Source: a virus. Taken from it: a stretch of 64,000 nt of DNA. How positions within the stretch are numbered: position 1 is the stretch's first letter; each line of letters begins with the position of its first letter. The stretch lies in IMG/VR virus record IMGVR_UViG_3300025941_000018, positions 11,296 to 75,295 of that record. One strand, given 5' to 3'. Positions 63,962 to 64,000 of this stretch are shown here, one piece after another. The position numbers and the translations under genes are program-made. The notes under the pieces were generated by a model, which was given only the letters and a program-made list of their open reading frames with translations, made no database searches and had not been told where the DNA came from.

Positions 63962-64000
63962 TCAAAATCGAAATCATCATAGAGGAGCAAGCTGATAGAG

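Larger units (their letters stand above)
1..64000. mobile_element. Tailed phage / prophage genome segment, podovirus-like (no tape measure or sheath recognised)
   Basis: Terminase, portal-scaffold-capsid order, collar fibre, DnaB/initiator, ERF/YqaJ, integrase, many HNH genes, coupled ATGA overlaps; no host core genes. Confidence 0.95.

Noticed and set aside
1-64000. CRISPR array, tRNA or rRNA genes
   Set aside because: No regularly spaced repeats or cloverleaf/T-loop signatures seen by eye; tRNAscan not run

Overview
The whole window reads as one large piece (possibly most) of a tailed dsDNA bacteriophage or prophage genome with podovirus (P22-like) gene order; no host housekeeping genes, rRNA, tRNA or CRISPR array were recognised. 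All calls come from motif recognition by eye, not database searches. Layout: (i) 1-8.3 kb, + strand: tyrosine integrase, two HNH endonucleases and a glycan-tailoring cluster. (ii) 8.2-39.8 kb, - strand virion arm: portal, scaffold, major capsid, adaptor, Ig-like and collar fibre proteins, nozzle, ejection proteins and a 3243-aa polyvalent protein. (iii) 39.8-41.8 kb, + strand: GroES-like gene and large terminase. (iv) 41.8-55.8 kb, - strand: membrane and exported fibre-like proteins, an intein-containing YqaJ exonuclease and ERF. (v) 55.9-64 kb, + strand: replication initiator, DnaB, a KH protein, a RusA-like locus, HNH and ASCH-like genes. Most unusual observations: a capsid protein flanked by hydrophobic segments together with Sec/Tat/lipoprotein signal-bearing fibre-like proteins and no recognisable endolysin; a RusA resolvase whose motifs are split between two fully overlapping reading frames; a cupin/glycosyltransferase/twin-DDxxD cassette inserted among ejection genes; an adaptor fused to a catalytically dead metallophosphoesterase; a four-member HPDPA small-protein family; a recurrent loop-bulge pairing leader RNA before four HNH genes; and a nested gene inside the giant ORF.
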